Source: Camelus ferus (taxonomy: Eukaryota). Taken from it: DNA of 64,000 nucleotides. The notes under the pieces were generated by a model. The model ran no database searches, was not told where the DNA came from, and saw only the letters and a list, made by a program, of their open reading frames with translations. A program made the translations under genes and the position numbers. Positions 26,705-37,729 of the stretch are shown in pieces. Location of the stretch: assembly GCF_009834535.1 (NCBI RefSeq), contig NC_045697.1:65164001-65228000 (forward strand), in the 5' to 3' direction. Position 1 is the first letter of the stretch; the number at the start of each line of letters is the position of its first letter.

Positions 26705-26810
26705 AATCATGAATGCAAATAAAATTCAAAGTGTAATCAGCAGCTGCTGAAAGAGAGCACTGAACAAACTGGGTTGCCATGGGAACAGTGAAGTCAGTCC
26801 TTGACCAGAC
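26705..26810. promoter_or_regulatory. Candidate neural enhancer: octamer, palindromic E-box and RFX X-box
   Basis: ATGCAAAT 26713-26720; TCAGCAGCTGCTGA 26737-26750; GTTGCCATGGGAAC 26773-26786. The motifs are seen; function is inferred. Confidence 0.45.
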
Positions 26811-27749
26811 AAAGAATAATACCTGGTGTGTGTGCATGGTGTGTGTGTGTGCAGATGCTTAACAACAATTTGCAAAGAACAACTGAAAATATGTTCAGGT
26901 TTTTTTCTCCCAACTAAATTGTTTATTTTTAGATATTTAGGTTAAAGGTGAATGAATTCAATTATTGCATTAAATTAGTAAGAGGTTATTTCTCATTTGA
27001 GACTAGATACTCCTATCCTGATTGAAGCTACAGGTATGAAAATGGTAGTATTAGACAAAAACTGAACATGGTAAATATTGAGTGCCTACATTTACAAACA
27101 GATAAACAATTAGCGAATTACTTGGCCTGTTATTGCTGTCGTTATCCTCGCCTTCATTTCTCCAACCAGCATTGCAGCATTTTTTTTTTTTTTTTTCCTC
27201 TTGGGAAAGAATTATCTTCTCCTCTAAGCTGCTGGGGGAAAGTATTGTTAAGCTTTTTAAATGGTGAATATAAAGGTCATACCATTGAGGGATTTTCAGC
27301 TGTGAGTAAACACATTCAGAGAAAATAGTTCTCCACATCACTCTTAATGCAGCAAATGTAGTTTTAAACTGACTACTACAATGTTTGAGTATCTTAATTT
27401 GGCATGAATAATGGCTGTTGCTGGTAATAACATCATTAGACTACAAATGCTAGAAGGACTTTTTTAAAACTTATTAATAAGTGTGTAAAAAATAAAGACA
27501 GTTGAATTCTATGGCTCTAGATTTGTTCTACATTATCAATACCTTGGCAAAGAAACATATTTCTTATTAATAGGAAATGAAAGCAATTGTCTTTGCTGGT
27601 GGAGGATCTGAATTTCCGTTTGGCACACTTAGATCACATACCACTTGCCTAAGGCGTTGGGAAGTTGTTGCATCTTTCCTCTCTATATTCTATGCCAAGA
27701 GGCAAAGTTGCTACCATTCTTTTTGTACATAGCACCTCCTCCCTGGAAA

Positions 27750-27925
27750 GAGCCTCTTTTTTATCAGGTGCTCTCTTCACTCACCCTGCAAGATAGGTCA
27801 TTGAGATTCTCTCAGCTTTACAGCTGAGAAAACATCAGCATAGAAGGTTCAGTGACTTGTCTAAAATGGTTGAACAAGTTATTGACAGGGGAGAGATTAG
27901 AATTTACTTTGGAATGGAGTGACTT
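27750..27925 (-). mobile_element. MIR SINE
   Basis: ctttacagctgagaaaac...agaaggttcagtgacttgtctaa core. Confidence 0.65.
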
Positions 27926-29979
27926 TCAAAGAAGGTTTTATTTTTTTTTTTCCTGACTTGATAAATTTGGAATTAAGTGTAGGAGTTGGCAAGAAGATTA
28001 CCAGTTGAAGTTAGTAGGATAAAAATATCATTGCTGTCTGGTTATAACCTAAAATGCTGCATTAAAACCCTGTATTCTGCCTCAACTAACAAAGACAAAG
28101 AATACAGATGGCAATTTATCATTTTTTTCTGAGATTTCTTTTTACTTACCTGCCCTATGTTTCTTATCCTGTCATTCTGCCATGTACTTTATTCTATCAG
28201 TCACTCTCCCTTGATCTGTCTCAAGCAATATTTGCAAACTCATTTTCTTCTAATTGCTTCAACTTGGCAATGGTATTAAAGAGGCCAAAGAACGGTTTTT
28301 ACCTAGAAAATAAACAATTCATTTAATCAGTATTTTAAAACAGATTATGCTTATTTTTATGTCTTATTATTTGCAGGATAGTTTAATTTCTTTGGAATTG
28401 CATCATTATACTAAAAATGTTTAAAGTATTTAAAATTCTATTTATCAGTGTATCTGCTTCACGAAGAGAGCAACTGTAGATAGCGCACTTACACGTTAAT
28501 TGATACATAATGCAATAAAGTTATATTTTTAAAATATTAAAGTTAATATGATTCTGAGTCTGATCCTTTGAATTACGAAAAGTCAGTTCTTCTGGGCTTT
28601 TCCTCATTGGATATTTCAAAGCAACTCTAGGGCTGTATCTCCATTCCAAAGGGATTAATCTCAATATCTACCCTGGAATGTTATCAGTAAGCCTAAACAT
28701 TCCATTCTTCTCCACTGTTACTGCAGTTAACCAGCACTGCATAGGGTCGCTCGCAAAATTCAGGGCTGTCTTAGTACTGTCGGAAAAATTCTCATTAACC
28801 TTTACTATTTCACTCCCTTATAACAGTCAGTATCTCTCACTGTTGGTTTAGAGGAAGTAGCATCAGTTAAGATTGGTGGAGGAATGAGCCTCTCCTACCA
28901 CATTTCTGCAGGTAGCACCATAAGTCCTCCCCCTGTACTATTCACTAAACGCAGATTCCACAGCAATGAGCCTGTTCCATAGGATCTCATTGTTACTGCC
29001 TTCCAACAGGGTCTCAAGGCTAACTGGAGCCATATTTTTTCTTTTAACATTTTTCCTCTTTTATATTGTACAGAATGAATTTTTGTAAATGACCTCAAAT
29101 CTTTACATGAAAGAAGTGGACTATAAACTCAAGTTTCTTAAAAATTCTCTAAAGAAATGGTATTTGAAACAAACAATAAGTGTATGAATACCAATCACAA
29201 CTATGAAAAAGGAATAAAAAATAATTGAATTATAACATTCACAAAATTAAGATTTAATCATGTGGTAGCAATAGCATTCATTATAGGCAATTTTCTTGTG
29301 TTCTAATATTTTCTGTAATATTATTAAATTATTGTTTAAAGAAAAAAATAATAAAGCAATAAGTGAGTTTAAGGGATTATATTATCAGGCTTAACATGTT
29401 AGGTAGGATAATAAACTTGCCATTCAAGAAAGTAGTTATCTACTTGTGTATCTTTTCTGTCCAACCTGGCTTCTATTTTTTGATTTATTGAGTAATTTGG
29501 AAAGTATGGAAAACTTTCCTATCCCAGACCAAACACAGTAGACTTCAAGTTACCTCTTAGAGTTGAATAAAAAATGGCACTCTAAATTTTAACACACACC
29601 CTATCACTTTTTTATGTCATCACCTCTTTTCCGCTCTTGTGTCTCATTCACTATTAGCTAATTATATCTACCATTAAGAGAGTGTTCTAAAAAAAAGAAA
29701 ATGCATTGAATATGGAAATATAATTGAAATGTGGAAGTCTGGTAAATGAAATTGCTTAAAAAATCAAAAGAAAATTAAAAGTTTAAATTGTAAGATCATA
29801 GAAGAAAAATAAACTTTTGTTTTTACCTTAAAATGAGAAATTTATAAGAGTTTTTTTAATAGAACAATGTGACATACTCTTCATTCTCTCACTTTTAGCC
29901 TTTACATACATTGAGACAAGTACTATATCTTTTTTAACTTTTCAATATTTTCAAAAGCAGGTTTGGGGATTATCTCTAT

Positions 29980-30500
29980 TTTTTTAATTTCCTCTTTCTT
30001 ATTGTATAATTGACATATAAAATTATAAGATATTTAAAGCATACATTGTGGTGATTGGATGCACATATACATTGTGAAAGGATTCCCCTTACCTAGTTAA
30101 ATAACACATCCATCACATATTCATCTTTGTGTGTGTGTGAGAACATTTAAGTTCTACTCTCTTTTAGCAAATTATAGTTATACCATACAGTGTTATTACC
30201 TATAGTCATCCTATTTTACATTAGATCCTCAGACCTTATTCATCATGTATTTGAAATTTTATACTATTTTACCAACCTTTCCCTATTTGCCCCAACTCCC
30301 AGCCCCGGGCAACCACTTTTCTACTCTCTACTTTTCTGAGTTTGACTTTTTTTTTTTTTTTTTTAAGTTTCTGCCTTTAAGTAATACCATACAGTATTTC
30401 CCTTTGTCTGGTTTATTTCACTTAACATAATACCTCAAGTTCTATCCATGTGGTCAAAAATGGCAGAATTTTCTTCTTTCCATTGGTTGAATAATACCAT

Positions 30501-30541
<41 letters not shown>

Positions 30542-31006
30542 TTTCTCTATCTCTTCATCCACTGACAGGAATTTAAGTTTTTTTTCATATCTTGGCTCAT
30601 GTGAATAATGCTGCAATGAACATGAGAGTACAGGTATCACTTCAATATCCTTTTTTTCATTTCCTTTGAATAAAAATACCCAAAAGTGGAATTGCTGGAT
30701 AAAATGGTAGTTCTATTTTTAATTTTTTGAGGAACCTCCATACTGTTTTCCATACTGGCTGCACCAATATACTTTCCCACCAACAGTGTACAAGATTCCC
30801 TTTCTCCACACCCTCCCCAACACTTGTAATCTCTTGTCTTTTTGATGATAGCCATTCTAACAGGTATTAGGTGATAACTCATTATGATTTTGATTTGCAT
30901 TTCCTAGATGATTAGTGATGTTGAACATCTTTTCATGTACCTGTTGGCCATTTGTATGTCATCTTTAGAAAAATGTTTAATCAGATCTGTCGTTTTTTAA
31001 TCAGAT
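29980..31006 (-). mobile_element. L1 (L1MA9-like) ORF2 C-terminus plus 3' UTR, with an internal (TG)18 at 30503-30539
   Basis: ORF 30637-30900 ([21 protein letters not shown]...[10 protein letters not shown]) is the frameshifted ORF2 cysteine-rich region; the typical 3' UTR runs to a T-tract. Confidence 0.92.
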
Positions 31007-31469
31007 GGTGCAGCCACTGCACTAAGTCCTAGGGGTATAGCCACAGCAAGTCCTCATGAGCCAGTTAAGAGCTATTTCTTTGTTATATTTTTGTTGGCCT
31101 CATGGATGTGAGCTCCATTGGCTTTCAGACGTTTTGAGGGTCTGCCTCACAGGTGGAAGTCTTAAAAGTTGGGTGCTAGATGTTGAGTCCAAACCCTTTG
31201 CTCTTCAGGAAGAAGCTGGGAATTGTGAGTTTTCTTCTGACTATATGTCACTGTGACAGGTATGGTGTTTATGGTGACAGTGTGTCTCAGACTTTCATAC
31301 TCATTTCAGTATGGTTATTTTCTTGTTTGCCTGGTGTTAGGATTTGCTCAGCAAGTTTCTGGATTTCTTTCAGAGGGAATTGCTCCATGTGTGGCTTTAG
31401 ATTTGGTGTGCTCATGGGAAGAGGTGAATTCAAGAACTTTCTATTTTGCCATCTTGGAATGAAATGCCC
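31007..31469 (-). mobile_element. L1 5' UTR directly abutting the ORF2 C-terminal fragment
   Basis: Minus strand starts GGGCATTTCATTCCAAGATGGC (YY1 site, 31448-31456)...TCACCTCTTCCCATGAGCACACCAAATCTA, typical of old laurasiatherian L1 5' ends. Confidence 0.75.
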
Positions 31470-33719
31470 ACTGTATCTCTGATTGTTACTTAATATTGGG
31501 ATAATAGTCCTTGTTAATGATGTGTTATGATCCTCATAGCTAAAAAGAGTTTGATATAATATTCTTATGGTTTGATATGCTCATTGGTTTTGATATGCAC
31601 TTTAATACTTTATTTACATTTAAGATGCAGATTTGTTATTTCTTTTTGTTTTGATTGACTGATTGATTGATTGCTCTTTCTGTGAAGTAGAACAAGAGTT
31701 TTGTGAACCATAGTCAAAAGTGTTGCTCAGAATCATAATATCTTTATCTCACAAGGTTCTCTCCATGGTCTCCATGCTGAGATTATTGTTGATAAAACAG
31801 TGCTGGGTTTTATGCACTATGATTTTTCTATTCATAGATCCTTCACTTACCCATAAAACAGTAAGAAGAACTTAGAAAAAGTGATAATAAATTTCATATC
31901 TTACCCAACTTAAAACTTAGTATTTCTTGTACTTTTTTCCTCACAGAAAAATACGATACATTTGACTTAAAATAACTCTAAATTTCAAATAATGTTACTA
32001 AGTGAATTGAATTCTAGTGTTATATACTGTTATATTTTTTTCCAACAAATAACAAAGACTTACATTCTTTGGGGTAATAAAGTTTTAAGAGTTTTTAACT
32101 TCATTTACTAAAGAAGACAAATGTCATACATGTTCACTGATAGTTATTGCTTGTGTCAGCTACAGGCTGCCCTTGTAACTAATTCGCAGTATGAACTCCT
32201 TTCAAACAGGATCATGAAAGAGCCCGCTTTATGCTTCTCTCATCTGCAACAGTCACCTTTTGAATTCACATTCTTAATTTACGACATGCTGCTTTTTTTA
32301 ATCCTTTGCTGCTATAATGATGCCATCATCTTCTGAACTCATTAAGGTCCCACATAGGTTTATATGTGTTGTGGTGACATCTTTATCTTCCAGAGCAGTT
32401 TGGAAACCTGCAGGGGTGTAGAATTGCTACAGATGGACCGTTATGCAAAACTGAGTATATCAAGCCTCCCCAAACTGAAAAGGGAAAGTATTCTGGAATG
32501 TAAAAGAGACATATGTTCCAGCAGGGGATGTTGGTTTATGGAGGTCAGAGCTGCACACTGATTGTTTTCTACTAGTGTCTTAGAGGTAGCTGACCATAAG
32601 GACTTATTTATGACTTTAAAAAATCTGAAAGAAGAACCATGCTGATAATTTACTTGATTACAAACCTTTTATTCTCAAAGGAGATAACATAAAGATCAGA
32701 ATCAGCCAATGCTTGATTGAAATAGGAATACAAATGAAGGAAAATGGATAATTATACTGCTGAGCAGATTGGGAAAAAAAATCAAATGAAAGAGTAGCAT
32801 ATCCATAGATTTCACTAAACCTGAATCATGATCTTCTAAATGGAATAATCTGATCTTTCAAAGAAAACATTAAGAAAAGCAACCTAGATTTCATAACTCT
32901 CAATTTCTATACACCCTTTCCAATTATAACTATCTTTTTTATTCTTAGTATACTATTCATTAGAAATGGGTTATTTATTTTCAGAATTTCTAACTTACAG
33001 AATTAACTGAATTGGGAACTGAAAAGTGACAGTGTCACCCATGTCTAGTATATAGTTCACAATGGAGTATGAAGACTCACATATTTAAACAGCTAAAAAG
33101 TAATCTCACTTAGAAAAAAAAAATGGCAAGGAGGAAAAAAGATTGGGTTTCATGGCTCCATACTAGTAGCTCCAGTACTAATCTCGTCAGAGTAAGCCAG
33201 TAATAAAACACTCTTTTTATTGTCATTGACCACATTCATTTTAACTAATATAGTATTGCACACACACAAAACACAGAATAAGTGTGCAAACGAGCCCAGA
33301 GAGAAGAAATTTTCAGTCTGACAAAAATTATATTTGTCTATGTATATGTGTCATTGTGCTCTAACTATTGGGCAAATTACTTTTCTAGGGTGAAATAACT
33401 TTTCTAGGGTCAAATAAGGACATAGTAAAGGAAGCACAGAATTTGTTGCCCTCAGATTTCCCATTTATTGCCTAGCTACTGAATCTTGCCCTGTTTGTAA
33501 TAGTTTAAGTTCAAGTATTCTGTAGTGTAATATTACAATCATAGCATTTCTTTCTTTTAAATTCTTTCAGGTAAAACACAAGTATCTGCTACCAGGATTG
33601 ACTATTGAAATAGAAAGCTATTCTGGGGTTAACATATTAGACATAATTTGATAAATACTAAGAAAAAACATGGTTTAATTTTGTGAAATATTACTGGGAA
33701 AGTAATACATCTAGAAAGA

Positions 33720-33720
<1 letters not shown>

Positions 33721-33774
<54 letters not shown>

Positions 33775-33783
33775 GGAGAGAGA
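33721..33783. repeat. (TG)24 followed by a short (AG)n
   Basis: Read directly. Confidence 0.97.
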
Positions 33784-33869
33784 TTTCTTAGTATATTCGG
33801 TCAATACCAATTACTGCTTCCTAACATAGGAATAGGATTATTTATGCTTGATAAGCACATATTTCAGTG

Positions 33870-34330
33870 TTCTTATTTCAGCAAAGCTTTTGACAATAAA
33901 AAACAGAATACTTGACCTATAGTGACATAAAATATAAGGGCATGTATTGTTGAGAACAAAAAATCTCAAGACGCTTGATTCCAGAATTTGCTTGAATTTT
34001 CTTGCTCTTCTTATGGTCACAACATGGCTGCTATTGCCACAGACCCCACACCTTCACATAACCATGTTTCAGGGCAGGAAGGAGATGAGGGTAACCTGGA
34101 GAGAGAGAGAGACAAAAAGAAGAGAGAGAAAGAGAAAAATCTCTGTGCCTTATTTCTTTTATCAGGGCAACTAACCTTCCAGAAGACTTCCTTCAGTCTC
34201 ATTGACTAGAATTAGGTCAGTGGACACTCCAAGCTTCAAAGTAGTCTGGGAAGAGGATCTGATTTTCTTTAGACCTCAAATGTGGAAGATGAATAAGGAA
34301 GAAGAGTAGTAGGAAAGGCATCTTAGTACC
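33870..34330 (-). mobile_element. Old MaLR LTR (MLT1J/K/L-like)
   Basis: cttatggtcacaacatggctgc, agacttccttcagtctcattgactagaattaggtca, gtctgggaag. Confidence 0.65.
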
Positions 34331-34976
34331 CAGAGAACAAGGTCTGCCACAAATCTTACCTGCTTTTAGTATTTTTTCTCTCTCTTTAATTTTACATGTT
34401 CCACCTTCAGTTTTATTCTTTAGAGTATTTTCTCTCAAAAGAAAGAAAGTTGTTAATGTGTTGCAGTGAAGCTAGTACATTGAATTACCAGGCAACATGC
34501 TTTCAAGCAAAGGCCACCTGAAATCCGTTGTGAAATTTTAAATTTAATAATACAAATAACTAGAGTAATAAGCTACAACAAAGGCTAGGTTTAACTTGAT
34601 CTCTTCTCAGGAATATATTGTCATAATCAGAAGCCAATTTTTTAAAGCATTTGCTGACCATGTTATGAATAAATTACTAGAGATCATATCTACAATTCAA
34701 AGTAAAGCGAATACATTTTTATACACTTTTCTCAGCAGTAACCTTCTTGGGAATATTTTATATTAATTTTTTCTACTCATTCACTATTTATTATTTTCCT
34801 ACTCATCCATCTTTAAAATTAGGGAATGTATTTATTTGTCAATATTTGGTTTTATTTTGACTTAGTATAATTCAGCTACTGAGATTTGTGAATAAACTCT
34901 TTCATCCTTTTTTGAAGATCTGTTCTTGAAATCTGCTGGATTGGGTAACAAGCAAGCTTTCTGCTCTATGTGCCAT

Positions 34977-35310
34977 TATAGTTGGCCCCACAGATTCAAC
35001 TAATAGTGCTTGAATATATTTGAGGGGAAAAAAAGAAAAAAAAAACTTATAGAAAGTTCCAAAAAGCAAATTGGGATTTGCTACAACTATTTACATTTAC
35101 ATAACATTTGCATTGCATTTACAATTACAACTACTCACATAGCATTTACATTGTATTAGGTATTATAAGTAATCTAGAGATGATTTAAAGTAGGATGTAT
35201 TGTAGGTTGGTTGTATGCAACGCAAGTACTATGCTGTTTTATGTAAGGGACTTGAGCATTCATGGATTTGGCATCTGCTGGATCCTGGAACCAGTTTCTG
35301 GAGGATACTA
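34977..35310. mobile_element. MER2B-like TcMar-Tigger MITE
   Basis: agaaagttccaaaaagcaaa and agcatttacattgtattaggtattataagtaatctagagatgatttaaagta...gggacttgagcat...tcctggaacca. Confidence 0.85.
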
Positions 35311-36003
35311 ATCATATTGCTTAAATCTTAATATAAGATGGAATCTTGTCTTAGTTTAAAAAAATAGAAAAGTCCCCCAAATCTCTCAATTTCTATATTG
35401 TACAAATTTTTCTCATTAGTAATACTGAGTTTTCTTAAAATCCATTATATATGTACAATTTAATATCTAAAATTATTTTTCAATATCCTAATTAAAATTA
35501 TCTATCTTTCATTTGGCTCATTCCAATATGTGTTTTTCTTTACTTCATGAATTTAATGCAAGGTTAATATATTAAAATAACTGTGTTATAAACTAGTGCT
35601 CAGTTCACTTCGGTATCAGAAATGTTAGCAATATTCATTGCAGCAGAAAAACAGTGTATTCATTCTGTTCTGACACCGTATAATCATTTGTATTGCACTT
35701 AATCGCAAGACAGTCATCTTGCAAAATCTCACCAAAAAGTACATTCTACCTCTAGAAACATCAGGAGCTCTGAATAATTTGAGCTTGCTAAGGGGCGAGT
35801 AGATATAATGTAAATACAAGGAGCGTGCTTCCATTTGATAACATTTGAAATGCATGTGAGAAATACAGAAACATAATTAAGGCAAATGAGTATAGCATGT
35901 TGATATTCCAGTCTAGATTAGGAAAAGTTTTGCAGATTTCTCCAACTTTCACTAATGACTGAAATGAAAGTTCAATTATCTGGGCAAATGAATTGTTTCA
36001 TTT

Positions 36004-36229
36004 CAGATGGGGTTTCTTAAATTCATGCCAATTGACATCTGTACTGGAGGCTTCTTTATTGTGTTTGGGGTGGGGGACCTCATGTGCATTATAGGATGTT
36101 TAACAGCATCTTTGGCATATTCACTTGCTGCCAGTAGCAACTCCCCAGTCTTGATATTAAAATGAGTATCTATGGATATTGCCAGATATCAACTGGAGGA
36201 CAGAATTGCCCCCAGTTAAGAACCACTAG
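36004..36229. mobile_element. MER20 hAT-Charlie element
   Basis: gtgcattataggatgtttaacagcatc...tgccagtagc...ccccagttaagaaccact. Confidence 0.82.
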
Positions 36230-36719
36230 ACTAATGGTTAAATCAAATTATTTCAATTTTATGTTGCCGAGTTTGGACATTTGAATGTTATGGAACATGT
36301 TAAGAATAATATGTTTTTGGTACTATAGATATGGCAAATATTAGTTTGGTTAACATTTGTCAAGAAAAAAATTAAATATACATTCTATGCCTCAAAGATA
36401 AATGAGAGAAACAGCTGTTACTCGTAAGTTCTTAAATGTTCCTCATTTTGTTTTCCAAATAAAATAATTTTAAAAGTATTCTCAGAGTGTGTTTCTGAAC
36501 TATCTCATCACTACAGAAGAAAACAAGGTCTCTAAATGTATAAATCTTATACTTATACCTATTATGTTGGTACCTTATTTTTTCAAATTATCTAGACAAC
36601 TGCCATCTTTAGTATTTTTTGCTGGGAATTCAAAATGCACACAAATTGTTTTTTTTTATTTTTTCTTAACTTGCTCTTTTCTCAGAGATCTGTTTCTTTG
36701 TCTGCTTATAGTTTAAATT

Positions 36720-36950
36720 AAGACCAATAGGAAGTCTGTGTTTAGTCAAAGCACAGCTAGATAATTTGATGGAGAGAGTTTGCTTTGGCGCGAAATGCTG
36801 CTGTTTATTTGTAAACCTCCCTGTGTATGTAATTTGACAGCATTTTAGACTCCCCAGTTAATGAGGCTAGCGGCAGCCTCTGTCCCCTGGGCCCAGTCAA
36901 TTTGATACTGTCTCCATGTAGGTTGTCATAGTTATGTTGACTTCATTTGC
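36720..36950. promoter_or_regulatory. Candidate regulatory element with a double E2F site and FOX, MEIS and EBF-like motifs
   Basis: TTTGGCGCGAAA 36784-36795; TGTTTATTT 36802-36810; TGACAG 36835-36840; TCCCCTGGGC 36883-36892; no repeat recognised here. Confidence 0.35.
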
Positions 36951-37529
36951 TGTATTGGAAAAATAAAAATCAGATCTTCAAACAGTAGGGAAATAAAATT
37001 TCTTGGTTACCTTCCTTTGATTTCTCCCACCCTTACAGATAGATTTCTGACTACTTGCTCTATGTCTACAAAATAATGTGTTGAATAGATGAAAATATTA
37101 ATCAGTATTGCCTTTTGAATGATCTGGATATTTCAGTACATATATTTCCTTCCAAAAGTCATGTATTTTCAGTGCTAGTATCAACCCTCTATGTAAGCAT
37201 GATTATATAATGAAATGGAGCAGCATGTATGTTAACTTAATGACAAATGTAATTGCATGAGATCATTAAGTGCTTATAGGATGAACCAGAGAAGGCAGGA
37301 AGGATTGGGTGATTGTTCATTTTACAATATATGTTTGTTCAAGAGACATGTTTTTGCCCCATGCCATCTTTTTTAATGTGTTTGGTTTAGTTTTTTTTGT
37401 CTTTTCAAAAGTAAATTTATAGAATTTTACAGAGGCCAGTTTGGCTAGTTAATTGAATGTAAGTTTGAAGATTTTGTGATACACTGCAAAGGGAGTGAAA
37501 TGCTGTTTTAGAAATACCTTTTAATACTA

Positions 37530-37665
37530 TTTGTCAAATTTCTTCTGTTTTCAATGATGTCTAATAAATACCTCAACAATTTAGGGGCTTAAAACAAAGC
37601 ACTTTTTCTACTCAGGTCTGCGAGTAGACTGGGGGGGACTCTGATTCAGGCTGTAGGTCAGGCCC
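37530..37665 (-). mobile_element. MLT1 LTR fragment
   Basis: caacaatttaggggcttaaaacaa...caggctgtaggtcagg. Confidence 0.45.
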
Positions 37666-37729
37666 TTTTTATAATAGATACTGGCAGCACTGTAAATACA
37701 TGTGTGTGCATAAGCATCATATATATATT

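Noticed and set aside
28850..29130. Possible RTE-X (L4) 3' end
   Set aside because: Only a short tail-like motif (ttttgtaaatgacctcaaatcttt...ctataaa) is recognisable; too weak to call without a profile search.
35075..35160. Internal direct repeat acaact...catttacattg
   Set aside because: Part of the MER2B consensus structure as recalled, not a separate event.
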